Shown here: positions 30,556-39,286 of the stretch, in pieces
Layout of the letters: every line of letters starts with the position of its first letter
How positions within the stretch are numbered: the first letter of the stretch is position 1
DNA from: Candidatus Cloacimonadota bacterium
Lineage (GTDB): Bacteria > Cloacimonadota > Cloacimonadia > G963667145
Length of the DNA: 64,000 nucleotides
Assembly: GCA_963676615.1 (NCBI GenBank)
Contig: OY781092.1
Coordinates: 1,088,001 to 1,152,000, forward strand
Direction of reading: 5' to 3'
Position numbers and translations under genes: made by a program
The notes under the pieces: generated by a model
Database searches by the model: none
The model's input: only the letters and a program-made list of their open reading frames with translations
What the model was told of the DNA's origin: nothing

Positions 30556-31288
30556 AAAACCGATCTTTGTTTTTTTTATATTCCTCTATTTTCTGAGGAG
30601 TATAGAATGTATGATAATCTCCGTTATCTATTTCAAAAATATCAATTGACCTACCATCCAACAACATTTCATTTAAGCTAGGAGCAATATAATAAGAATT
30701 ATTTACACTTGCATCTTTCTTTATCATTTTTGAACATGACTTTATAAATTCACTGCCTCTTTTAAAATAATAAAATCCTGCAATAGCATTTTTACTGATA
30801 GGTCTTTTTTCAGCGGCTTCTATCATTTTTTTTTGCTCATCCACTTTTACATATGACCATCTAGGATGAACAGAATTAAAAGTAATTACACCAGCATCAC
30901 TTCCTTTAAAATATTCAACCACATCATTTAAATTTATATCAAAAAATTGATCTGCATTCGCTATTATCAAAGGATTTTCATTATCAATATATTCAACAGC
31001 CATCATAACACTACAAGCTGCACCTTTAGTCTGCTTCTCAAGTTTCACAATTTCACATGAATTATCTGTAATAATATTAAGAACATCATCTAGATGATAT
31101 TTATTAGCATCGTTACAATTAATAATAAAAACAAATTGCTTATCCCCTTGAATCAATTTAAAATTTTCCAAAACATATTCTATCATTGTCTTCCCATTAA
31201 ACTCAATTAAAGGAACAGGAAAAGGATATTCATCTTCTGGAAAAAAAAGATTTTTCCCAGCAATAGGAATAACAATATTTATCATCAT
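30554..31288 (-). CDS. BcbE-like sugar nucleotidyltransferase paralog with degenerate G-x-R loop
   Basis: IVIPIAGKNLFF (lacks GSRF), TKGAACS, ANADQ, HPRWSY, AEKRPIS. Confidence 0.75.
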   Translation of the reverse strand: MMINIVIPIAGKNLFFPEDEYPFPVPLIEFNGKTMIEYVLENFKLIQGDKQFVFIINCNDANKYHLDDVLNIITDNSCEIVKLEKQTKGAACSVMMAVEYIDNENPLIIANADQFFDINLNDVVEYFKGSDAGVITFNSVHPRWSYVKVDEQKKMIEAAEKRPISKNAIAGFYYFKRGSEFIKSCSKMIKKDASVNNSYYIAPSLNEMLLDGRSIDIFEIDNGDYHTFYTPQKIEEYKKNKDRF

Positions 31289-31917
31289 TTTTCTCCATCA
31301 AAAGCTTTTATATGTTTTTTTATATTTTCATAATTAACATCATTCACGCTGCCAACTACCATCACATTTGCCCCACTTGCTCGAGCAGCCTTAATCCCAT
31401 TATAATTATCTTCAACTATCAGGCACTCTTTTGGGTCCAGTTCCAATCTTTTAATCGCTTTGTTATACATTTCTGGATCTGGCTTACTTTTTTTTACATC
31501 TTCATTGGAAAAATAAAAATCAAAATATTTTTGCAAAGACGATTTCTGCAACATAATATCTATAGTGTTTTTTATTGAATTAGAACATACAGCCATGTTA
31601 TATCCGTCTTTTTTCAGCATACTTAATGCATATTCATGAAAAAATTTTGGTTTACATTTTGCATAAACTATTTCCATTGTATACTGTTGTTTCATGTCAT
31701 TTATAAAAGAATGAAGACCTTTTGGAAGCCCCCTTTCTTGCGTAAGCATTTCCAATTTTTTTTTCGTTGGAAGCCCATCATAAGTTACAAGATGATCATA
31801 CCGATTTATCTCCATTCCAAACAAACCTAAAGCTTTATTCAAAGCTTCGTAATGCCAATCCTTAGCATCAATCAGAACACCATCCATATCAAAAATTACA
31901 GCCTTAATCTTACCCAT
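31285..31917 (-). CDS. HAD-family phosphatase
   Basis: FDMDGVL, CSNS, KPDP, VEDN..GI. Confidence 0.9.
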   Translation of the reverse strand: MGKIKAVIFDMDGVLIDAKDWHYEALNKALGLFGMEINRYDHLVTYDGLPTKKKLEMLTQERGLPKGLHSFINDMKQQYTMEIVYAKCKPKFFHEYALSMLKKDGYNMAVCSNSIKNTIDIMLQKSSLQKYFDFYFSNEDVKKSKPDPEMYNKAIKRLELDPKECLIVEDNYNGIKAARASGANVMVVGSVNDVNYENIKKHIKAFDGEK

Positions 31918-32542
31918 TAAAAAACTCCTGTGCTTCAAAAGGATTATCAGTACATATCATAATTTTGTCACTTTCAACCTCTTTTTCAATCTCTCTATAG
32001 TGCTTCCATTCATCTATATATTTCCTTCCATGCAATTCAGGAGACACTATACAAACTTTTTTACCGTTCTCAATATGTTTTTTTACAATCTCCTCCGATA
32101 TCCAATGATTCTCAAATTCATCAAGCCACACTCCATTTGCCTTTTCATAAAAAAAAGGATTTTTTTCATACTCGCTCATCCTAGTAAAAAAAATAATCTC
32201 TTGCTTAGAATATTGGAGTGTCTCTGGGGCAGACATATCAAAAACAAAATAATTTTGAATATTATACAACTCAAGCAGATTTTTTAATTTCACCTGCAAT
32301 CCATCTGATTTAATATTTAGTGCTAATGGCAAGAAACAATTATATTTATTATAAAGCTCAAACAGTTCATTTACTTTTACACTGTCTGCAACAGCCATAT
32401 CATGAGACACAATAAGAGAACCATTACAATCTCTAATATCAGTCTCTATTCCAAAACCAAAATTAAAGCTTCGCTCAAAGGCAGAAAGTTTGTTTTTCTC
32501 TTCAAAAGATTGCCAAAATCCTCTATGTGACATTATTAACAT
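31910..32542 (-). CDS. GDPD/PI-PLC-like phosphodiesterase
   Basis: SHRG, GIETD+RD, VSHD, ALNIK, VSPELH, CTD. Confidence 0.7.
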   Translation of the reverse strand: MLIMSHRGFWQSFEEKNKLSAFERSFNFGFGIETDIRDCNGSLIVSHDMAVADSVKVNELFELYNKYNCFLPLALNIKSDGLQVKLKNLLELYNIQNYFVFDMSAPETLQYSKQEIIFFTRMSEYEKNPFFYEKANGVWLDEFENHWISEEIVKKHIENGKKVCIVSPELHGRKYIDEWKHYREIEKEVESDKIMICTDNPFEAQEFFNG

Positions 32543-33582
32543 TAAAACTTAACCTTTCTAATTCTCTTCACCAGCCAATCCATATATCTGCGTTCCGTTT
32601 CCGAAATCGTATCGCCATAATTCACCCGCAAATTTCTGTTTTGGTCAAAAATCGGACCGACAAAAATTTTCGCGCTGTCCACTCTACCCAAAACATTCTC
32701 CAGCGTGGCGATTTTTTCCTGATCAATTTTCGTGCCAAATCCCACAAGCCCCACCGCCTGCTCACGCATCCCAAAATCGTAATCTGCCCGCAAACTATCC
32801 AAAGCAAAATCTTGCAAAGCGGTAATCCACACGGGGTCATAATTGTAAAAAAAGCTCGCCAATCTGTTCCGGTCATCATCTTTACCAAAACCGATAAACG
32901 GCACCCGAAGCCGCTTCACCGCTCGCTCCAGCTCAAAATCAACATCGCCCACAACCAGCAAACCATAATCGTCCACAGGCAAATCTTTTAGCTGCTTTGC
33001 AATCGGCAAATCCTCGCTATTTCCGAGTTTATACCAAACCATTTTCGCCAGCGGATCGACAAACTGCGCCCCCAGCATAAAAGCGTTAATTCCCGCAAAA
33101 GCGTCGGCGGAAACAGAGTCGCAGCTAAGGTAGGCAAAGTTGTGATTTTCTGTGAGCAAACAAGCCACCGCGCCTGCCAAATATTGAGCTTGGCAGCGAT
33201 CAATCCGCGCCACTGTTGCATTTTCACCATATTTGAACTTGCTAAAAAAAGTGGTATTCCCAAACTTTTTCGCCAATTTTTCGCCAAAAGCAAAATCGTC
33301 CACCAAAAAAATCGGGTCGTAACCGACAACCGCCATCTGCCCAACAACCTCATACATCTGCTGATTGTCCGGCACAACCACGCATCCCGGCGACTTGACA
33401 AAATTCAGCCTTTCCACCTCTGCCACAAAAGGTCGATAGAGCCTTGGCACACTGTCCAAATTAACGACCGCTCCCTTAAAAACAAAAGCGGGCTTCGGCT
33501 TTTCAAAAACCTCTTCTTTTGCGCAAGCGGACAAAAAACACAAACCAACCAGCAAAAAAACAAAACTTCTTAAAACTTTCAT
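32542..33582 (-). CDS. BMP-family ABC substrate-binding lipoprotein
   Basis: Lipobox LSAC, YLAGAVA, INAFMLGAQ.V.P, IFVGPIFDQ. Confidence 0.75.
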   Translation of the reverse strand: MKVLRSFVFLLVGLCFLSACAKEEVFEKPKPAFVFKGAVVNLDSVPRLYRPFVAEVERLNFVKSPGCVVVPDNQQMYEVVGQMAVVGYDPIFLVDDFAFGEKLAKKFGNTTFFSKFKYGENATVARIDRCQAQYLAGAVACLLTENHNFAYLSCDSVSADAFAGINAFMLGAQFVDPLAKMVWYKLGNSEDLPIAKQLKDLPVDDYGLLVVGDVDFELERAVKRLRVPFIGFGKDDDRNRLASFFYNYDPVWITALQDFALDSLRADYDFGMREQAVGLVGFGTKIDQEKIATLENVLGRVDSAKIFVGPIFDQNRNLRVNYGDTISETERRYMDWLVKRIRKVKF

Positions 33583-36143
33583 CTATAATACTTTATCATC
33601 ACTTTTTGTCGATAATCTTCCAACCATCGCTCGCACAACCGATTCAGCTCCCCAGAAAGATAATCGTTCCTTTTTTCGTTAAACTCCTCTTTGCTCAAAA
33701 TCGTCCGAAAGTCAACTTTATACAACAAATATTTCCCGCAAGACAGATAAATCGCGGGACGAAACTTCGCCAGTTCACCCTTCATCGCCAACTTGAAAAT
33801 CTGCTCATTCTCCTCACTGGTCGTCCACGGAATTTTGTTATCCACCGAAAAATTTTCCAAACTCTGCAAACCGCCCAAATAGGTCAAAAATTTCTGCGCA
33901 TAATAGTCGCCATTGTTCAAATTCTCCCGAAAAACGCCCAAAAATTTCCGCGCATTCTCCTCGTTTTTCTCAACCTCGATATGCTCGACGATCTGCGACT
34001 TCACCTGCTCAAACGGCATAACCGCCGACTTGTAGAGCTTATCCAAAAAAAACACCGCATAGCCGTCGTCCAGCTTAAAAATCTTGCCATACTTTTTTTG
34101 CGCATACATCTTCACAAAATCGCCCTCATACGGCATCAAATTGCCCAAAAACTCGAACGGCTCGACAATCGAATGAAACTTCGTCTGAAAATAAAACGGC
34201 GAATCTTGGTAATTTTTGAGGCTGTTATACCAGCGCACCTTGTCGTTCAACTCCGAAATCTTCGCCAGCGCAAGCTCCTTTTCCTTCTCCTTTTTCAACT
34301 TTTGCCGAATAAAATCTTTCGCCTGCTCCAAACTCAGATAGCTCTCACTAAAATTTTCGCCTTTCCTGAGAATCAGCCAACCATTTTGATAATAAAACGG
34401 CTCACAAATCTCGCCGACACCCAAATTCTCGATTTTTTCTTGCAAAAAAATGTCCAAATCGTCATAATCCAAAAAATTTCCAGACAAACCCGCAAAATCG
34501 TCGCCAAAACATTTTTTCAGATAAGAAAAATTGTCCTCATTCAAAATCTCCGCCAAATATTTCACAAAATTTTGCTCAATCTTCGGCTCGTCCATAAGGA
34601 AAATGAAATCGTAGCGCTGCTTGCCTGCCGTGGCAAAATCGGCTTTGTACTCAAGGTAGTAATTCTCGATTTCCACATCCTGAATCTGCACCGTGTCAAA
34701 ATCCGCAAACCTCACCAGCAAACCGCTGATACCCAGTTGCATCGGGCGCTGAAACTTGCTGAAATATTTTTTGTAATACTTTTCCAGATTATACTTTTTT
34801 TGCTTTTGCTCGTCCAACTCAACATTGTCGTAGAGATAATTTTTCGCCTGCTCGAAATCGGGCAAATACGCCGAATTATAGACAATCGTGTTGTAATGGC
34901 AGATTTTGTCGCCATCTTTGATGCTCCCGAACAAAACGCCCTTGTTAATCCGCTGCCGAATTTGCTGCGTCAAATCGCTCTTATCAGCAAAAAACCGTTC
35001 CAAAAAGAAAAAAATCGTGGTATCGCTTTGCGCCTTTTCCAGCAACTCAGACTTTAAATTTCGCTCCTCTAGTTCCAATTTTTGCAAATAGTTAAGCGAA
35101 TCGAACTCAAAAAACTCAAGCTTCACACCAACTCGCTTGTCCGCCAGAGAGTAAAAATTTTCCTCATAATGCTTGCGATACGGATCTAGCTGGCTTTTGT
35201 CCTCTTTGGCAACCCACGCAATATAGTCGTGCAGAACTTTCTGGTAATCGCCATCTTCGGACAGATAATCGACTCGCTTTTCGTCCTTTTTTTTGATAAG
35301 CAAAAATCCGCTGGGAATCTCCCGCAAAAAGCAACTTGAGTCGCTCTCAAAAATCGCTTGCAAATCCACTTGCTCAAAGTCGGCAATCTGATCGCTGGCT
35401 CGAATATAGTCGGTGCTAAAAATCTGCCGATCGGGGCGAATGCCATCCTCCCACGCACTTGCCAAATCCTCCGCCAGCTGCCTTGCGACATTTTTGCGAT
35501 AGGTCTGCAGCCCCACTTGCCAGTCGTCAAACAAAAAGCTCAAATCGTCCGCCGACTTGTCCTCGTCATCCAGCACAATCGCATAATCGAACTTAATTTT
35601 TTTCAGCTTGTCGAACATTCCGTAATTTTCTTCGGCAAAATCTTCCAAATCGGAATAGGTGAAATTTTCGGGCAAATCGAAAAGCGACCAATCCGCCAAA
35701 ACATACGAAATGTCGATTTTCGCACTCTGAAGGAGAAACTCCTGCAAAATCGCCTTCACATCAACATTCAGATTCGATTTAATCAAATCCAACGCCTTAA
35801 TTTTGGTCAATTCCCGCTGAACCAGCGCCAAACTTTTCGACTTCTCCGCCCTCATTTTTCGCAAAGATGCCAAATCCACAGTCTGCCCCAGCTCGTCCTG
35901 AAAATACTGGATAATCTCCTGATTGGCAATTTTTATGCCCTGCTCTTTGGCGTAATCCAAAATCAGCTGCTGCCGAATAAGCCCCTCGAGCGCGCGCACC
36001 CTGTCGCTAAGGGAATTTTCCTGCATATACACATTCAAATCTTGCTTGGTCAAAAAATTTTTTCCGACACGAACCAAAACATCGGCGGAAAAAAGCTCGA
36101 AAAAGCAACCGATTATCAATAAAAAGCAAACTATTTTTTTCAT
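33579..36143 (-). CDS. SurA/PpiD-like periplasmic chaperone (parvulin-like repeats)
   Basis: Signal peptide, SurA-like N-terminus, repeated P.FEQ(A/V)K and GEICEPF...GWLIL segments. Confidence 0.6.
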   Translation of the reverse strand: MKKIVCFLLIIGCFFELFSADVLVRVGKNFLTKQDLNVYMQENSLSDRVRALEGLIRQQLILDYAKEQGIKIANQEIIQYFQDELGQTVDLASLRKMRAEKSKSLALVQRELTKIKALDLIKSNLNVDVKAILQEFLLQSAKIDISYVLADWSLFDLPENFTYSDLEDFAEENYGMFDKLKKIKFDYAIVLDDEDKSADDLSFLFDDWQVGLQTYRKNVARQLAEDLASAWEDGIRPDRQIFSTDYIRASDQIADFEQVDLQAIFESDSSCFLREIPSGFLLIKKKDEKRVDYLSEDGDYQKVLHDYIAWVAKEDKSQLDPYRKHYEENFYSLADKRVGVKLEFFEFDSLNYLQKLELEERNLKSELLEKAQSDTTIFFFLERFFADKSDLTQQIRQRINKGVLFGSIKDGDKICHYNTIVYNSAYLPDFEQAKNYLYDNVELDEQKQKKYNLEKYYKKYFSKFQRPMQLGISGLLVRFADFDTVQIQDVEIENYYLEYKADFATAGKQRYDFIFLMDEPKIEQNFVKYLAEILNEDNFSYLKKCFGDDFAGLSGNFLDYDDLDIFLQEKIENLGVGEICEPFYYQNGWLILRKGENFSESYLSLEQAKDFIRQKLKKEKEKELALAKISELNDKVRWYNSLKNYQDSPFYFQTKFHSIVEPFEFLGNLMPYEGDFVKMYAQKKYGKIFKLDDGYAVFFLDKLYKSAVMPFEQVKSQIVEHIEVEKNEENARKFLGVFRENLNNGDYYAQKFLTYLGGLQSLENFSVDNKIPWTTSEENEQIFKLAMKGELAKFRPAIYLSCGKYLLYKVDFRTILSKEEFNEKRNDYLSGELNRLCERWLEDYRQKVMIKYYR

Positions 36144-37219
36144 ATCAAACAATAAAAACTCTCCACTCCGACCGCTATCGCTCTGCCGTCGGGCAAAAAA
36201 TGCTCATTGTGCAAGCCAAACTCGCTCACACCGCCTCCAAGCCAAAAAAGCAGCCCTGGATAGTGCGAACTGAACACACAAAAATCTTCGGCAGTGTACT
36301 CCTCCGACGCCTCTACAAACTCTACTCTCGCTGGCAAAGCGACTTTCCACTTCGCAAACAAATCAGCATCGTTGACCACCGGGGTCGTCGAAGCGCCGAA
36401 CCGTAAAGCTATCTGCACGCCAAATTCGCTCTCCACTTCGTCCGCCACAGTCCGAAACTGCAGGTTCAACTCTTGCTTGGCTTTTTCGCTCAAACTGCGA
36501 TGCGTGCCTTGCAACACCGCCTTTTCGGCAATAGCGTTGCGGACATTGCCCGCGCTCATTTTACCAACACAAATCCGATTGCTATCGGTTTTCAGCTTTT
36601 GCAACTTTCGCGCCAGCTCACAACCAGCCAAAAGTGCGTCTCTGCCGTCTTCTGGGCGCGCCGCATGCGCCGCTTTTCCTGTAATTTCAAAATCGAACTC
36701 CTGAGCCGCCGCAAAAATCGCCCCCACTTTACTCGCCACCTGCCCCACGGCGTAGCTCGGGCTGATGTGCAAAGCGATGGCTGCCTCTATATCATAAATC
36801 GCCAACGCTCCGCTATCTATCACCGATTGCGCCCCCAAGCCCAGTTCCTCCGCTGGCTGAAACAAAAACAGCAAATTTTTTGCGGGTCTGTTTTGAGCCA
36901 CTTTCTCGATCAAACCCAGAAGCACGCTCATATGCATATCGTGTCCGCAAGCGTGCATCCAGCCAAAGTTTCCAGAGGCGAACTCAGCGCCCGTCAGCTC
37001 TCGGAACGGCAAAGCGTCCATATCGGAGCGAAACAGCTTGTATTTGCCTGCGCCTTGCGAATATTCGACCAAAATTCCCGTGCCTATTTTTTTTATCACA
37101 AAGCAATCAAATTTTTGCAAAATGTTCAGCAAAAATTTTTGCGTTTCTTTTTCTTCATACCCTTTTTCAGGGATTTTGTGAAGTTCCTTGCGGATTTCCA
37201 AAAGGTCAAGTTTTTCCAT
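36140..37219 (-). CDS. M20-family amidohydrolase
   Basis: LHKIPE, RSDMDALP, MHACGHDMH, FQPAEE, AEDF, LH...F. Confidence 0.9.
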   Translation of the reverse strand: MEKLDLLEIRKELHKIPEKGYEEKETQKFLLNILQKFDCFVIKKIGTGILVEYSQGAGKYKLFRSDMDALPFRELTGAEFASGNFGWMHACGHDMHMSVLLGLIEKVAQNRPAKNLLFLFQPAEELGLGAQSVIDSGALAIYDIEAAIALHISPSYAVGQVASKVGAIFAAAQEFDFEITGKAAHAARPEDGRDALLAGCELARKLQKLKTDSNRICVGKMSAGNVRNAIAEKAVLQGTHRSLSEKAKQELNLQFRTVADEVESEFGVQIALRFGASTTPVVNDADLFAKWKVALPARVEFVEASEEYTAEDFCVFSSHYPGLLFWLGGGVSEFGLHNEHFLPDGRAIAVGVESFYCLI

Positions 37220-37224
37220 TTTTT

Positions 37225-37587
37225 CTAACTAATTTCGGCTTTTTGCCCGGCATTTACGATTACCAAAAAATGCATACAGGTGGCTGCAAACGGAATGAAG
37301 TTCAAAAAAGGGACTAAATCGAAAACCAGCGCAAGTTGAGCAAACACGACCAGATAATTTTTCCCGACGATTTTTCCGCGCAATTTTGCCAAAAAAATTA
37401 ACGCCAACAGACAAAAAAAATGCACCCAAAAATAAAAGCTAATCCCGCTCATCACATACGAAAAAAGGGAGTTCGAGCCGTAAAGCGGCAGGATGTAGGT
37501 CGGCAAAGCCACCAGCAAATAGACAACGACGAACCCCCAAAAAGTGGCTACAATTTTCTTTAGTTCGTCTGCCAGCGCTTGCATCAA
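37225..37587 (-). CDS. Hypothetical membrane protein
   Basis: 120 aa hydrophobic ORF with AAGGAG RBS. Confidence 0.65.
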   Translation of the reverse strand: MMQALADELKKIVATFWGFVVVYLLVALPTYILPLYGSNSLFSYVMSGISFYFWVHFFCLLALIFLAKLRGKIVGKNYLVVFAQLALVFDLVPFLNFIPFAATCMHFLVIVNAGQKAEIS

Positions 37588-37653
37588 ATCTCCTTAAATT
37601 CGCATTTTTTCTATCGGTCAAAAAGCTGTTTTTTTTGTCAAACCTTTTTTCCG

Positions 37654-37721
37654 CTAGCCGTTCATCTTGTTCAAAAAATCTTCGTTATCACGCGTGGCTT
37701 CGATGTTTTGCATGATTGTTT
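37654..37721 (-). repeat. Direct-repeat copy of the rho 3' end (66/68 nt identical to 41676-41743)
   Basis: Encodes TIMQNIEATRDNEDFLNKMNG* versus rho TIMRNIEATRDNEDFLNKMNG*. Confidence 0.95.
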
Positions 37722-37757
37722 TTTCAACTATTTTCTACAAAAATATTTATAATTAAA

Positions 37758-37848
37758 GACCTCTCTGCCTCTTTATTTTGAAAAAAACTCTCATTCAATA
37801 GCCAGTAAACTATTTAAAATCTTTCTCAAAACAAGAAGCAAAGAGGTC
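37758..37848 (-). other. Long RNA hairpin downstream of the antiporter (terminator or structured RNA)
   Basis: 31-bp outer stem with one bulge; all six non-Watson-Crick positions are G-U on the minus strand; followed by UUUAAUU. Confidence 0.7.
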
Positions 37849-37891
37849 AAATTGCACTAAAATCTAAATTTAGCAAGCCAAGATCTTGATT

Positions 37892-39283
37892 TTACCAAGA
37901 AATCAAAGCTATCAAAGCTGCGATAACCAACAAAATTGCCAGCAGTTTTTCTTTGGGGCTAAACACGGGCACAGCGGCTTCTTTCGCTTTTTTTCTGCGC
38001 ATCCACCAGTAAACAATAATTCCAAATGCAAAAATAAAGCTAGAGATACGCAAGTCAATAGGTGTGGAAGAAAAAAGCATCCAAAATCCATAAACAGAGC
38101 CAACAACGCCAATAAAAACATATTTTGCGTTCCCTTTTGCCATTCCTTCTTTAAAAATAAAAAAAGTTGTTAAAACATAAGGAATTACCACTATCGAGCT
38201 AGCAGACTGAATTATCACAAGATAAGCGTCGTTGGAAAGACGAGACAAAATCAAAGTCAACTGCATCACCACACCGTTGATGATCAAAGCTGTGACTGGC
38301 GCGCCCTTTTTGTTGGTTTTAACAAAAATTTTAGGCAAAAGATTTTCCTTGGCAGCGTCAAACGGAACTTCCGCGGTAATAATCGTCCAAGCAAGCCAAG
38401 CTCCTAGTATAGAGAGTATCACGCCGAGATTGATTAGCACCGCTCCCCATCTTCCGACGATAGCCTCCATCACATACGCAACAGAAGGACCATTGAGGTG
38501 AGCCAACTCCGATTGCGACATTATCCCAAAAGACAACACGCTCATAACCATATACAAAACAAGCGACACAATAAATCCAATCACACTGGCTCTGCCGACA
38601 TCTATCGCTTTTTTGGCACGACCAGACATCATCACCGCTCCCTCGACACCGACAAAGCACCAAAGAGTGACAAGCATTGCCGCCTTAATTTGAGTCCCAA
38701 CACTTCCTAAATGATCGCCTTTCCCAAAAAAATCGAAGCTTAGTTTATGAAAATTAAAAGCAAAAATTAACACGACAACAAAAACTGCCAACGGCACCAA
38801 TTTTGCAACAGTGGAGATTGTGTTGAGCAAAGTCGCACTCTCGACTCCCCTTAAGACCAAAATAGCAAATCCCCAAATAAGAATCGAGCCTCCAATAAAA
38901 GAAATCCAGTTACTGCCATTTCCAAAAACATGAAAAAAATAGCCAAAAGCGTCCATCAACAACACCGCAAAAGAAACATTGCCGATGCCCGCACTCAGCC
39001 AATAGCTCCACGCAGAATTAAACCCCACATAGTCGCCGAATCCCTCTCGAGCGTAGCGATGCAACCCTCCTGCTAGCTCTGGTCTTGTTGAGGCGAGAAT
39101 GCTAAAAGTGATTACCAAAAATAAGACCCCAACCCCTGTTATAAGCCAAGCGAACAAAACAGCGCCAGCGCTAGAAAAAGCCGCCGCATTTTGCGAAACA
39201 TTATAAGCTCCACCGCCTATCATTGAGCCAATCACAATTCCAATCAGCCCAATCAATCCTAATTTATTATCTTTAGTTGCCAT
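37892..39283 (-). CDS. APC-family basic amino acid/polyamine antiporter (ArcD/AaxC-like)
   Basis: GSMIGGG, YAREGFGDYVGF, WCFVGVEGA; about 12 TM; follows the decarboxylase. Confidence 0.9.
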   Translation of the reverse strand: MATKDNKLGLIGLIGIVIGSMIGGGAYNVSQNAAAFSSAGAVLFAWLITGVGVLFLVITFSILASTRPELAGGLHRYAREGFGDYVGFNSAWSYWLSAGIGNVSFAVLLMDAFGYFFHVFGNGSNWISFIGGSILIWGFAILVLRGVESATLLNTISTVAKLVPLAVFVVVLIFAFNFHKLSFDFFGKGDHLGSVGTQIKAAMLVTLWCFVGVEGAVMMSGRAKKAIDVGRASVIGFIVSLVLYMVMSVLSFGIMSQSELAHLNGPSVAYVMEAIVGRWGAVLINLGVILSILGAWLAWTIITAEVPFDAAKENLLPKIFVKTNKKGAPVTALIINGVVMQLTLILSRLSNDAYLVIIQSASSIVVIPYVLTTFFIFKEGMAKGNAKYVFIGVVGSVYGFWMLFSSTPIDLRISSFIFAFGIIVYWWMRRKKAKEAAVPVFSPKEKLLAILLVIAALIALISW

Positions 39284-39286
39284 CCA

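Noticed and set aside
33519..36122. Long plus-strand ORFs (512 aa, 254 aa) opposite the PpiD-like gene
   Set aside because: Antisense shadows of a coherent gene, with no motifs; such shadows are common throughout the higher-GC core region.
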